From positions 817,680 through 881,679 of the forward strand of contig OZ037767.1 of assembly GCA_964035545.1 (NCBI GenBank): DNA of 64,000 bases, written 5' to 3'. The stretch's first letter is position 1. Every line of letters starts with the position of its first letter. Below are positions 38,370 to 52,807 of the stretch, piece after piece. The stretch is from Bugula neritina (Eukaryota; Animalia; Bryozoa). The notes under the pieces are model-generated. The model was not told the DNA's origin, ran no database searches, and saw only the letters and a list, made by a program, of their open reading frames with translations. The position numbers were made by a program, and so were the translations under genes.

Positions 38370-41300
38370 TCATGTCGTAGGGCACACAACTACAAATAAG
38401 AGAAATCTAAGTAGAATTCATAGGTTTTTACAAAAAAGGCCAAGTTTACATTTTAATAATATATTATTGGTTATTAATAGCAGTGATATAATATAATATA
38501 ATATCATAATATATTATATTATAATATAATATGTTATATTATATTATAAAATAACATACTATAATATAATATTGAGACATAACATAATGCAATCATACTG
38601 TCTATATATATTTCATACAAATAAAATTCTGAGTAATGCAACAGGTTGAAAACAAATAGGAAGTCATGTTTTGCACTGAACATCTACTAGTAGTCTCGGA
38701 TGTATAAACTTACCTTTTAGTATATACTCAGTCAACATGGCAGGTACACTTGGGGAGTCTTCGTATATTGCCTTCAAGACTAAAAACATTCACAATATAA
38801 CAATACACCAAAGCACATGACCATAAACGATTACCAACTATTATGCGATGAGAAGAAGTTATATTGTAAAACAAGACTCACTTCTTATATAGACGAGTAA
38901 GAGGTCTATGCTGGGTGGCATCTGGCAAAGCTGGTATGGAATAACATACTACAATATCCAACTCACAATATTATACAATACAACTTCAGAAAAATTAAAG
39001 TTGTATAAATCAATTTTACTAAAAAAAGTGAAAATATTCATTTTGTGACAACTTTGTTTGTCAATTCAGCTAACAGTAACTCATATACTCACAGTAGTTC
39101 CGGTTATTGACTACAAAATATAATAAAAATAATTGGTAATAAGAGTACATTGTAGCTCATATACTCTACTACTACTAGTATTCTATATATATTCTACTAC
39201 TACTAGTATTCTATATATATTCTACTACTACTAGTATTCTATATATACTCTACTACTACTAGTATTCTATATATACTCTACTACTACTAGTATTCTATAT
39301 ATATATTCTACTACTACTAGTATTCTATATATACTCTACTACTACTAGTATTCTATATATACTCTACTACCACTAGTATTCTATATATACTCTACTACTA
39401 CTAGTATTCTATATATACTCTACTACTACTAGTATTCTATATATATACTCTACTACTACTAGTATTCTATATATACTCTACTACTACTAGTATTCTATAT
39501 ATACTCTACTACTACTAGTATTCTATATATATACTCTACTACTACTAGTATTCTATATATACTCTACTACTACTAGTATTCTATATATACTCTACTACTA
39601 CTAGTATTCTATATATACTCTACTACTACTAGTATTCTATATATACTCTACTACTACTAGTATTCTATATATATACTCTACTACTACTAGTATTCTATAT
39701 ATACTCTACTACTACTAGTATTCTATATATACTCTACTACTACTAGTATTCTATATATACTCTACTACTACTAGTATTCTATATATACTCTACTACTACT
39801 AGTATTCTATATATACTCTACTACTACTAGTATTCTATATATACTCTACTACTACTAGTATTCTATATATACTCTACTACTACTAGTATTCTATATATAC
39901 TCTACTACTACTAGTATTCTATATATACTCTACTACTACTAGTATTCTATATATACTCTACTACCACTAGTATTCTATATAATATACTCTACTACTACTA
40001 GTATTTTATATATACTCTACTACTACTAGTATTCTATATATACTCTACTACTACTAGTATTCTATATATACTCTACTACTACTAGTATTCTATATATACT
40101 CTACTACCACTAGTATTCTATATATACTCTACTACCACTAGTATTCTATATATATACTCTACTACTACTAGTATTCTATATATACTCCACTACTACTAGT
40201 ATTCTATATATACTCTACTACTACTAGTATTCTATATATACTCTACTACTACTAGTATTCTATATATACTCTACTACCACTAGTATTCTATATATACTCT
40301 ACTACCACTAGTATTCTATATAATATACTCTACTACTACTAGTATTTTATATATACTCTACTACTACTAGTATTCTATATATACTCTACTACTACTAGTA
40401 TTCTATATATACTCTACTACTACTAGTATTCTATATATACTCTACTACTACTAGTATTCTATATATACTCTACTACTACTAGTATTCTATATATACTCTA
40501 CTACCACTAGTATTCTATATAATATACTCTACTACTACTAGTATTTTATATATACTCTACTACTACTAGTATTCTATATATACTCTACTACTACTAGTAT
40601 TCTATATATACTCTACTACTACTAGTATTCTATATATACTCTACTACCACTAGTATTCTATATATACTCTACTACCACTAGTATTCTATATATATACTCT
40701 ACTACTACTAGTATTCTATATATACTCCACTACTACTAGTATTCTATATATACTCTACTACTACTAGTATTCTATATATACTCTACTACTACTAGTATTC
40801 TATATATACTCTACTACCACTAGTATTCTATATATACTCTACTACTACTAGTATTCTATATATACTCTACTACTACTAGTATTCTATATATACTCTACTA
40901 CTACTAGTATTCTATATATACTCTACTACCACTAGTATTCTATATAATATACTCTACTACTACTAGTATTTTATATATACTCTACTACTACTAGTATTCT
41001 ATATATACTCTACTACTACTAGTATTCTATATATACTCTACTACTACTAGTATTCTATATATACTCTACTACCACTAGTATTCTATATATACTCTACTAC
41101 CACTAGTATTCTATATATATACTCTACTACTACTAGTATTCTATATATACTCCACTACTACTAGTATTCTATATATACTCTACTACTACTAGTATTCTAT
41201 ATATACTCTACTACTACTAGTATTCTATATATACTCTACTACCACTAGTATTCTATATATACTCTACTACCACTAGTATTCTATATAATATACTCTACTA

Positions 41301-44300
41301 CTACTAGTATTTTATATATACTCTACTACTACTAGTATTCTATATATACTCTACTACTACTAGTATTCTATATATACTCTACTACTACTAGTATTCTATA
41401 TATACTCTACTACCACTAGTATTCTATATATACTCTACTACCACTAGTATTCTATATATACTCTACTACTACTAGTATTTTATATATACTCTACTACTAC
41501 TAGTATTCTATATATACTCTACTACTACTAGTATTCTATATATACTCTACTACTACTAGCATTCTATAATCACTTACTGTAGCAGTTTCAGTCAACTTTC
41601 CCTTTCGCTTCTTTTTGGCTTTTTGTTTCTTCATCACCTGAAAACAGCAAGTAGAATGTTTTACCTTCCCACACAGGAGCTGTTAGCGTTATCTTATCCT
41701 ATCCCATTACTGTGGTACATTCAGAGTTACTCTACCTTGTCACACAGTGAAATGAATGTATTTTTCAGCTCTCTCTCGTATCTAATATCATCTCTGTGCG
41801 AGTACTCTTGCACTAGCAGAGCCGAGCGCACATTGATCTCTGTATTCAGCTCCTCCACCATATCATTCAGTTGCCGGATAGACAACTGTTGGACTTCTGC
41901 TGGAAACAGACGCACACATGAAACTATATAAATCTATACTGATGGGAGTTACTCTTCTAAATCTTCGTATAGAAAGAAATAACCAGAGTGCGGTCACTCA
42001 AAGATAAGAATAAATAGGAGTTATGCTCTCATGAAATGTGTGTGCTATATTTGAAATAAAGTCAACATATATTTAGACACAAAACCCATCACACCGACTG
42101 AGACAACTAGGAATATGGACACAAGGCATGCCGCACTATCAACTAATAAACATTCACAGAGAGATACATTCTTTACACATTGACAATAGAGAGAAAAAAG
42201 ATGATTTTAGAGTTATAGTAATTCATTTTTGTTACAGTTAAAGACTATGATTGTACATATAATGTATACAGCCTATGTATGTATCATAACATTTGACAGT
42301 ATAAATAAAATGGTAACAGGGTATCCTAAACTAATATAAGATGTTTTAGCGCTTTAGCACAACAGCTGAAAAGAATAGCCTGAGAAACTATCAGTAAAAG
42401 GGGGAGGGTTGCAAACGCCCTGAAAAGCTTTACATACAACAGAACTGAAACTAGCATGCAACACAACATAACGTCAACAGATACCTTTACCTGGGCTAAC
42501 TGTGATGTAGAATATAATAAAACAATGTTTATATTACAGTAGATATAATATCCTATGTTATATCATATTTATTATAGTATATAATATTATGCTTTATATA
42601 TTACATAATATAAAACATAATAAACAATGCATATTCATGTTTTGTGAAGCTCTATGAAGACAGCCTGTAAACCTGAAGAACTTTCTAGAAAGCACAAAAG
42701 TTATGCTGCCAATAGACCGTCTAAGCAGCATTATTCACACTGGAATGTGGTGATATCACTTATCTAATCTCCGGAATCAGAGAGCATCTCGGCTACACCA
42801 TGAGAACGGCTGCTGCTTGCAAGGCAACAGCTAATGGGAGGCCCACCCGGTACCAGCTGTACAGACTGAGAACACGGGCTACAACTGTACAGACACTAAG
42901 AACACGGGCTACAGCTCACCTTCACTGAGGTTGACTCGGTCCACTAGGGAGGGCATGTCTTTGAAGTGAATGCTGTCGGACTCGGCTGAGGTCAGCATGT
43001 CTGGCTCTGTTATGTATCCGGTGTCGTCTGTGTTGAGGCTGTCCTGCATCTGCAGTGACACAGTAAATAATATAGTAATATGTATAATATATATAGTAAT
43101 ATAGTAATAATATAATATATATAATAATACAGTAATATAATATTATAGTATAACAGTAATATAGTAATAGTATAATATATATAGTAATATATAGTAATAA
43201 TATAATATACATAATAATACAGTAATATAATACACTAATATAATACTATAGTATAACAGTAATATAGTAATATTGAATATATATGCATGTTTTCATAAAG
43301 GAGTTTGTTTTTATAAATCATTATAAGGTTAAAAGCTCTATAACATTATGTATAATATTATAGTATAAGTATAAGAGGCAGCATTTTAATGCCAAAGGCA
43401 GAGCAAATACATTTCCTGCCCAACATAGCTGAATCATACACAATGTGCACATATAATTACTATAATGAGCAGAGAGAGCACCCCAGGCAATGTATTACTA
43501 AGTATTACCAGAACAGGCAATGTAACATTAGTGCAGGTATTTGATGTAACTTAGTTGTATTATATAATTACTGGTAAATAACATGCCATAATTATGAGTT
43601 ATAACAACCAGTGTATGTAACAATTCAACATGAAGAAGTACAGGTTGAGAGTTGATAGAATAGCTAACATAGCGGCAGCAATATGAGGGCAGCTGTTCAC
43701 CGGCAGCACTAATTACTCATCCTACATGCAGCTAATGGTCTGTGAGAATAGAGTACAGAGTACAGACTAGATACAGCGCAGAGAGTATATACAGTATAGA
43801 GTATATAGTACAGACTAGATACAGAGCAGAGAGTATATAGTACATAGAGTATATAGTATAGTATGTAGAGTATGTCTCATCTCACAGACACACAACACAT
43901 GTTTCTCATATTCCTATCTTCTCACACAAAGCAGTCAGTGTGTACAACTCAACCCTAGAGAAATGAGTCACCTCCTAGCAGCAGATAGCGGCAGCATTCT
44001 CACATAACCTCCAAGTTACACAGGCAGCGCCTAGCTTCAGGTGGCAGCAATATTATTCATAGATTTTTGTAAGTAAATAAAAATATAGCAATTAGTTGTG
44101 TTTACTTTAGCATTCAATAGTGTTTCCTGTATTAGCATTCCAACAGGAAACAGAAGAGGCAGAACAGACAGACAGACAGGTTTCACTGTACACGCAGTTA
44201 TGTGCCCGTGCTTTCTCTATACACTGTTACTATACAGTGTATAGACTACATTAACACAGGAAATCAATATTACAACTTATTAAGGTGACCTAGAAACAGA

Positions 44301-46712
44301 GTAGAGGCAGCAGTCAGTCAGCCATATTAGCTGCACTAGCAGAGTGTTACACCCTGTATATATATATACAATAATATATACAGTGTGTACAATAATATAT
44401 ATAGTTAATGATTTAATTTAAAAACCTGTATATTTAATGTTCCATTTTACAAAATCTTGACCCAACATACATAAGTAACATAATAATATAATATTAATGT
44501 AATACAATAGAGACATAACATAACAACATATGACAATATGTTTTCACTTGAGAGTGTTTTCTAAGATAATAGACAAAGTAAGGCTATTTGACTACAGTTA
44601 CCATGGAAACTCAGATTGGAGCAGCAAGGTGAAGGTGAAAAGATGTGTCTATGGAAAGAAGGGCTAACTCAGTGCTCAAATGATCATCATAATTGCAACA
44701 TAACAAACTCAAAAATATAAATTTCTAAAACAGACACACGAACAGACACACTGAAATACTACCTTCATGATGGTGTCAATTTCCTCTATGACATCATCAG
44801 CATTGATTTCCTGTTCGTCAGAACACCGGGGAACCATGGGGGAGACGATAGCGTGAACATCTAGCGCTTCCTTTAGCTCTTCATCGTCAGAGAGATCCAA
44901 GTTCATGACCTCTTGTTCAGTCTGTGTCACATGTCACAGTATAAATATCTTAGGTTGTAGTATGACAGAGTGAACAGGTACTATATGACAGAGTGAACAG
45001 GTACTATATGACAGAGTGAACAGGTGCTATATGACAGAGTGAACAGGTGCTATATGACAGAGTGAACAGGTACTATATGACAGAGTGAACAGGTGCTATA
45101 TGACAAAGTGAACAGGTACTATAGCGAATAAACATGACATATAATGCTAGTGCTATCACACTCTGTTGGCGTACTGGATTATATAACTATTCAGGTATAT
45201 ATTTATAGAAAAATAGACTTTGTAGTTAGTTTAATCCATGACAGTTACACAAGAGGAGCCAACAAAAACACCTAGACAACTCACATTTATTATAGAGAGG
45301 ATAATTAAAAGATGGAGTCAATTTAGAGCAGCAATAAATTTGGCAATAATCAGTATCCAATGAGAGCAGCTTTTTTCTTGTCCAAAATACGAAGTATTAC
45401 ATACAAAGTGCAGGATATGCCTAGCCTCAGAGTATAGTTTCTACATTTTACTGCGGGAGGCATTTAAGCTAAAGGACTACGACTAAATGAGCTGGTAGGA
45501 GGTTACCAGAGATACAAGATGGCTGCCAGAGCCCTGCGGCTGTCTCTACTGTATGAATAGTGTACTGTATAGATAGATCAGAGAGTGTAGATCTACCATA
45601 ATAGAAATCTCCATTCAAACTATTGATTTTTTGTCCTTTCTTACAATACTGAATAAATTAGATAACTTCACTGAGTGAATAGGCTTTCAGCTGTCTACGC
45701 TGCCAATGATTACTAAGTGCTGCCTAAGTGTTGCTGCTGCTGCTGACTCAATACATAGATTTGCTGAGAGATAGGCGCTGTTGTTACCGCATGCTGTGTG
45801 TTTCTAGCGATTGTGAATGTTACATGTATAGTCCAGTCAAACCAAAAGTTACAACCCTAAGCAAAGCACAGATCTCTTCTCTTAAGCCTATCTAAAAGCA
45901 GTTGGAGCAACTGCAGAATAGCCTAAGACTTGTGACTGCAGTGTGACAGCAAGGGCAAGTGTCACACGAACCACGTCACACTTACCGGCGAGTCCGGGAG
46001 GTGCAGAGACTTCTCTTGCAACTCCTTGATGTAGCATTTCGACCAATCAAGAGGCAGCGCGTTTCCGTAACTTCCTGTGAGAGTGAGCCACGTCCTGTAG
46101 ACACATGTATAACAGTGTATAACAGCTTAAAAATTCCATTGCATGGTAACTAATCTGCCCCCTCGCACAACCTTTGCAATCACACAGCAGGTGCCCTCAC
46201 ACGGCAAGTGCCCTCACACGGCAGGTGCCCTCACACAGCAGGTGCCCTCACATAGCAGATAGCCTCACACAGCCTCTAGGGACGTATGAACCAACTTACT
46301 GACACCCGTTGATAATATCCTCCTGAGAGCGAACTTGAACTGGAGCTATTTTTGACACATTAGACTTCTTGTAGTCTCCGTCGGTGAAGCATTCAGAGAG
46401 TTTCTTATCAAATGTTTTGACCAGGTCCTCCAGAGATCCCGATTTCTCCTTCTCCAGGAAACTGTCTAAGAACGACAGATCTTCACTGTTGTAGGAGTTG
46501 GAAAGATCTGTCTGTTGGTCACCAGATGGTGACTCGGGAGTTTCAGTTTGACTGTCTTGTTGCGGTGAAAGGTTGGGAATTCGGTCTTCTTTTGCAGTGC
46601 ATTGCAAATTTAAATTACTATCAAAATTTCCACTTTCAGAAAAGTCGTTCCATTCATCATCGCATTCTGACTCATCATACGCCAGAGGAGCTGCGACCGC
46701 CAAATCCGTCAT
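38370..46712 (-). CDS. unc-76: Fasciculation and elongation protein zeta (FEZ1/FEZ2, UNC-76) homolog (~401 aa, 10 coding exons)
   Basis: Exons (minus) 46712-46300, 46094-45986, 44921-44763, 43049-42920, 41899-41736, 41637-41578, 39110-39093, 38948-38882, 38779-38714, 38389-38370 (1206 nt). Motifs APLA, SLEDLVKTFDKKLSECF, WLTLTGSYGNALPLDW, ADDVIEEID, RDDIRYERELKNTFIS, VIPY, and C-terminal VPAMLTEYILKVVCPTT. Confidence 0.9.
39156..41567. repeat. 2.4-kb minisatellite, ~28-bp unit tactctactactactagtattctatata (~85 copies)
   Basis: Fills FEZ intron 39111-41577 almost end to end. Confidence 0.97.
44961..45122. repeat. 23-bp minisatellite tatgacagagtgaacaggtacta x7
   Basis: Near the FEZ acceptor at 44922. 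Confidence 0.9.
46181..46275. repeat. 17-bp minisatellite cacacggcaggtgccct, about 5.5 copies
   Basis: In FEZ intron 46095-46299. Confidence 0.85.
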
Positions 46713-47799
46713 TTCAAATACTTGGCTTAAGATTCCAGTTATGAGTGTCCAATCTGTACGCATAATCAAAAACCATTTGCAATAAACAAAGTATTTGAGG
46801 TTTAATATTTTAACATGCAAATCTTGGAAATAAAATGGCCACTTTATCACTTTCACTCACCCTGGAGCCTGGAGGTAGTGTGGTAGTGTGGCGTCAAACA
46901 AGCTTGCAGTCTTACTCCTTAGTATTGCCCATAAATGATTTTCAGTTTCAGTCAAAGTAAGTGTAACTGTAACTGGCAAGTGGTAACATTATAAATATAT
47001 GATTAACTTTAACCGTCAGTACCGAGTAGTATAGAATTAAACTGAACTTTAGAATTAACTCACAACTGTTTAGTGCTTAGTCTGCAAGACCGATAAATAG
47101 TCATAGTGATAGTGTGCTAGACATACTAATTACTACAAGTATAACTATTACTAACTCTAAAAGTAAGTTACTCTTAGTCATAGTGATACTTGCACTGATA
47201 CTCAATACTGTGACTTACTTAAGCTATCAAGTTTAAAAGTATGAGTATTGTCATTTGTATAACAATTATGATTAGTATAACTATCGGAACAGGACAAAGC
47301 GGAGATAGGTGAGAATAGTTGAGAATAACTATAAGTATAAGTATACTGTAGGTATCATATTTATAGTTATTGTTACTTTAACTACTACTTATTACTATTA
47401 GTATTAGTCAGTATTTACTGTATTACCATTGCTATTACTATTAGTATTAGTATCACTATTACACTCACAGTATTACTATTAGTATTAGTATTATTTATTA
47501 TCAGAAATTTTCCACTTAATGACTTAAGTCTTAAAGTTATTGATAAAGTTAAACTTTTACTTAGCGAGTAAACTTAGTTTAACCTAAACCCTAAGAGCAA
47601 GACTAAGTATTTTAAATTTAATCATTCTTTAGAGTTGCACTCAAGACTACGTGGTACACATCTAATAGTAATTCTATTTCTAATTAAAATTCACTGACAA
47701 CTTCAACTTGAACTGTAAGTCTAAGTGTAGGTGTAACTCAGTCTTTCAGTTACACATCGCAGATGATTATTAATAATTATTATAATAGCTGAGATAAAA

Positions 47800-48120
47800 A
47801 AAATACCTTCTTAAGGTGAAAATTACTAGCAGTAGATACTGTATTGGCAAAAAGTGGGTAGCTCAAGTACACAGTGCCTTCAGATGAAACGTTATCAGAC
47901 TAGAATCGGCGAAACGCGTACAGTCCATTATTATAAACAAAGAATACTATTGATGAAGTAGCAGCTACAACTGTGTAGTGGTTCAATAACCTTTTGAACC
48001 GGATATAGTGATCACATGATCAGCACGTTATACGCCGTTGTTAGCAGAAGAATCCACGTATAATATTTTAAGGATCAATTATTTAATTCCCTGAAAGTGA
48101 AAGGCAAAAAAAGGTAATAT
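47800..48120. promoter_or_regulatory. Putative bidirectional promoter (FEZ minus / plus-strand transcript toward 51-54 kb)
   Basis: CpG-containing patch with TCACATGA E-box; minus donor AAG|gtattt at 47807/47806 and plus donor AAG|gtaata at 48113/48114 facing outward. Confidence 0.45.
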
Positions 48121-51100
48121 ACTAACTCTAAGTCGCTGTTTAGCACATCGTGTTTTGTGTGCTGCTCCTTGTTTCAGCAGTTATAATAAAAAGTAGAGAT
48201 AAAAAGAAGACTAGAATTAAGGAGTTTAATGATCATCATTAATATTAATAATGCACATCATGATCATGATGATGAGTTCATCATGATTATATTTAAAATT
48301 ATGATGAATATTATTATTATAACTATCATCGGCTTTTTCAGTCTCAAAGTTTGTTTATGCACATAATAATAGCTATGATATAAACAGCTATATTGAAATA
48401 TTCAGATTGTTCCACAGTCCTCCCTACTACCTCTTTTTATTCAGATTCTAGTTAGGCCTTTACTTTTGAATCCTAATTTTAAGCCTATAACAAAATGAGC
48501 TTTCTTGTAGTTGTTTAAAATTTAAATTTTTTATACAAACATTTACCAAAAGCACTTAGATACTTAAAAATTACCTCCCCTCTACCAGATGCTACTGATC
48601 TACCTTCACCTCTCACACTCACAGTCATTAACAGGCCTGTAAAAATTTTTACTAATAATGAATATTTTCATACAAATTGAAAACCTCCAAACCTTAGAAA
48701 CAAAATATGCCAAGCCAAAAGAGGTGTACACATTTCTAATCATGATGATAATGATAGTTTGAATATGAATAATATCCAGGGTATGCTTCGAGTGTGTTTC
48801 CAGTTGTAGCACTCACTATAGCTATCAGTAAGATTATCAATATGAATATGAGTTTGATTCTGAATGTCAACAAATATGACTATGAAGGTGAATAAGGCTC
48901 CTTTAGTAAATAAGCATAACTCACAGCTATTTAGTGTATAATCATAAGAGTGTGAGTGCAACAAACTGAAATTTGTGGTTTAAGCTGGAATTTAAACTTA
49001 AATCAACAGCTACAAAGCACAACAAAATATTTTAAATTAGAGAGCTCAACAGTGTAAACAGGTTTCATACTTAGAGAGTCATGCTGATACTCTGCTGCTG
49101 CTACTATTACCCAACAGTACAGCTGCGCTTACAATTAATAAAAGCTTTAATTACTATATTTTTTGTTCTGCCTTCAGCTAAAAATATGTCAGACCCAATT
49201 GGTACAACTGCCATTGATTTATAAATATTTTCAAATTGTTGATTTGATATTAATAACTACTGTAGTTCTACTAATTAGTCACAATCACAATGACAAAAAT
49301 ATGTTCAGTTGTGATTACTATTTTAGCTCTATTAAACCAATTTAGTCTACTATGAAACTATTCTTCTGCTAATTATTAGGTTGGAGTTGCAACCCTATTT
49401 GCTCAAAAGCAGATTTTTGTTTTATCGTTGGAAAGTTTTGCATACTACTATATAATTATAAATACATAATATAAAATTATCAACTATCAAGCGTTACAAC
49501 AATAAAAATACTTTCAGATGATATTATCTAAATTATTCCTACTTGTTAATTTCAATATTGAGAAAAAATACCAGTTTTCATTATGATCATTACAATATTA
49601 TGATCTAATACATGCAAAATGATTAGAGCTGTTAGAAAGTCTTACAGTTTATGCATTAAATGACCTTAGCGGTGTTTTGGGCTGCCTTTAATTGTTTAAC
49701 ATCAATATAATAGAAGGTCCCATAAGCATGCAGATTCGTGCAGATTTTCAGTAGTTTGACATGTTGGAGACTATCATGGCTTCTACAGTATTTGACAAAT
49801 AAATTTATTAAGTCAATGTTGTATTATTAAGTAAGCTCTGTTAAAATTGAAGTTGTAAATGAATAACTTTCAGGTTTCAGAAAGTTCAACTTCCTTATAG
49901 TTATTTTATTTCATTTTAAAGTGGATTATCTAGAATAATATATAATACAATATAATAATATATAATACAATATAATAATATATATTACAATATATTAATT
50001 AATATATAATACAATATGATAATGTACTGCTCTACTATAATGATACAACAATACATCAGAAAATTATTCTAACAATACAAATTATGCTAGTAACTGCATA
50101 TGCATCTTGCAGTTAGTATAACTTTGTGTTACTCATTGTTGGTTCCAAATAGTTGATTATGAGCAGTGTACTGACAGCAGTGATGGTGAGATAGCTGTCA
50201 GGAGTGACAGTTTACTGGCAGCAATAACATGTCAAACTCTACAACGCCTGTCTACACACTTTATACTGGTCAGACGTCCAAATGTACTCAAGATATACTC
50301 AAGCTAGACCTGAGCTTTGGGAGGCCAAACGTAACAGGTAGTTGTTTACTCATAGGTTGTAGTTCATCTGCACTATGGATATGACATTAGCTTTACCAAC
50401 TTACACACAAACACACAACACGTAACACATGCTCACACACTGCTATTTTCATGCACTAACAAGTAAATGCTACAAAAGCAATATCCAACAATATATCTTA
50501 CACATATTCAAAAATACGTAATTAATACTACAACTTCTTATAACCAACCAATGGATTATTATACATCGTACATACTATTTAGTGAAGAATATTTTATACT
50601 TAATGAAATTTATTCCATTTTTTGAAATTTATTTATTTTAACATTTTTTTTTAAAAAAAGTGTATATGATGCAGTTGTTCAATATATATTTGCTGCTATA
50701 GTCTACTATTATGTAATTATTGTGCAATTGTTAGAGTGTTACAACTGTGCAGTCAAACTTCCATTCGCTCTCCTGGAAGATGAGAAATTTGGTTGTCACG
50801 TGTTCTTTGGAGGAGTAGGTCTTGCAATACTCATACTAATACTTCTCTTCTGTATCTGTGAGTTAGAGTTATCTATCTTGAACTGCAGTTGGTTCATTGG
50901 AAGGGACACTTTTAAACTAATTTTTATTTTTTCAATTTTTTGGAGTTTCCTTCTCTTATGGTAGAAAATTAGGAGTTATCATCCTATTAGTTGTTGGGGA
51001 TATATTTATCAGATAGCTATACTGGTGTATGTATTGATTTAATTACTTGATGCAGCTACCAATTATTTTCTATCTGATTACATCTGTGAAATATTGTATA

Positions 51101-51653
51101 TATTTACCTTTCAATATAATAATACCCCATCTCACTTCATTGCCAGTTCATGTTTAGTTTATTCAACACGAATATTGGCAACTCTAGTTGTATATTATGT
51201 TTTTTACTTTTTTTGTAACTGGTTATACTAATTAAGTAGAATTGTACTAAGTAAATTGGAGTTATCCATACCTCATTGTTTTTACAGGCTGCTTTCTATG
51301 TTGCTGCAGAGCTAAAGTGAAGTATGTAGAGGTCAGGTCTTCAAGTAAGTTTCTGCTGTGTCAAGGTCATATTATATTCACTCTCTATGTATGTCAACTT
51401 GGCATTTACTCATTGTATTTTCTATAGACTGCAGCATACTTATAGTTATGTCTAAATCTTTAATTGTTTATATTTTTCTGTGTATAATGCAGAGTTGCCT
51501 CCTCTCTTTGATGCTACTGACGCACGCACTAGATATAAATATATTATTATAATAGCAAGTAACTTACTACTAGCTACTAATGGTTGTCTTCTCTTGTCAG
51601 GAAGTGGTGAACTTGCATTGCATTGTATAATATCAATTTCAGATCCAAATATA

Positions 51654-51818
51654 ATGTCTATGCACCCCTCTCTCGTTCCAATGGGCTATCCTGGGAAAAC
51701 TAATGGCTCCACCCCCATGTTCTTTGCATACCCTGCACCACCCAGTCAAAGCAAAGCCTTCCCAATAGACTCTCGCATTGGGGCGTCCAGGTCTGCGGCA
51801 ATGCCCTATCCCACATGA
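51654..51818 (+). CDS. Candidate 54-aa proline-rich small ORF of unknown function
   Basis: MSMHPSLVPMGYPGKTNGSTPMFFAYPAPPSQSKAFPIDSRIGASRSAAMPYPT. GC-richer than its flanks, preceded by acceptors at 51600 and 51642 and an upstream exon-like segment 51288-51344 (ttttacag...gtaagt). Confidence 0.4.
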   Translation: MSMHPSLVPMGYPGKTNGSTPMFFAYPAPPSQSKAFPIDSRIGASRSAAMPYPT

Positions 51819-52807
51819 CGGCCATTAAACAATTGGCTTAAAGGCAATCTCAACTGTTCTATTAATACAAAATAAAAATGTGATACAACTTGAGTAATTT
51901 ATATTTTAATTCAAACATTATATTTTTACAAAGCTTAGTCAACACAAAAATAATTAAATACCAATGCAAATATAGCAGATATGAAGAAAGCCCTATATTA
52001 GTATACATGTTTGTATAAAAACAAATATCATGCCTATAAACTACTAAATTGTTAGTCTGTAGAATATTGTAATTCAACACAACATTTTATAGCAGGTTTT
52101 GTCATCCTAACTGATTGCATACAGCATGATATATTTATACTACATGGCATTGAAAAGCTCTGTCACTACATTGTTAGCCAGCTACTGGAGATTTCTAAGT
52201 AAAGTTTAGAAAAATTAATTAAGATATCTTAGCATTCAGCCAATCACAAACACTATAGCACTGTCAAATGTTAGCTGAAACCTTCTAATTGTGAGAATAA
52301 ACCCCAACTTGCCGGCAGATGTCAACTACTTTGTGTTTGCAAAAATGAGTTTGGCCTTTAACCTTGTAGGCAGCTAAGTGTTTTGTCCCAAAAATATAAT
52401 AGAACAAACAGGGCCGGTAAGAGATCAATTACTTATGTGACGGAAAAAGGAAAAGAATCTGTAGTTGTAGAGAATTTTTTTGCTGGAATAAACTTGGTAG
52501 TTACATCATTTTGAAGCCGCACATATAAACTTTTTCTTGTCCTGAAAATAAGGTAAAATGGCTTATAAAGCCTTTTAGAAGCTCTTAGGCGTATTGCTAT
52601 GAATAAGATCAGCCATGAAACACCTGGATGTAATGTACATACAAGTAGAAATCAACTTAATAATATTCAGGGTCATTATATTATATAGTCAGCACTCTAC
52701 AGTAAAGTAAATTCTAAATCATAGCCAACTCTTTGTTAAGCTTAAAGCAATGACCAACACCATTGCATGAAGAACTTCACTAGAACAACTTATTTTGGCA
52801 ATCCAAC

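Noticed and set aside
47875-47925. Penelope-type hammerhead ribozyme (cagatga...cgaaacgcgt); similar fragment near 7441-7480
   Set aside because: Core reads CAGAUGA rather than CUGANGA, and no convincing stem I or II pairing.
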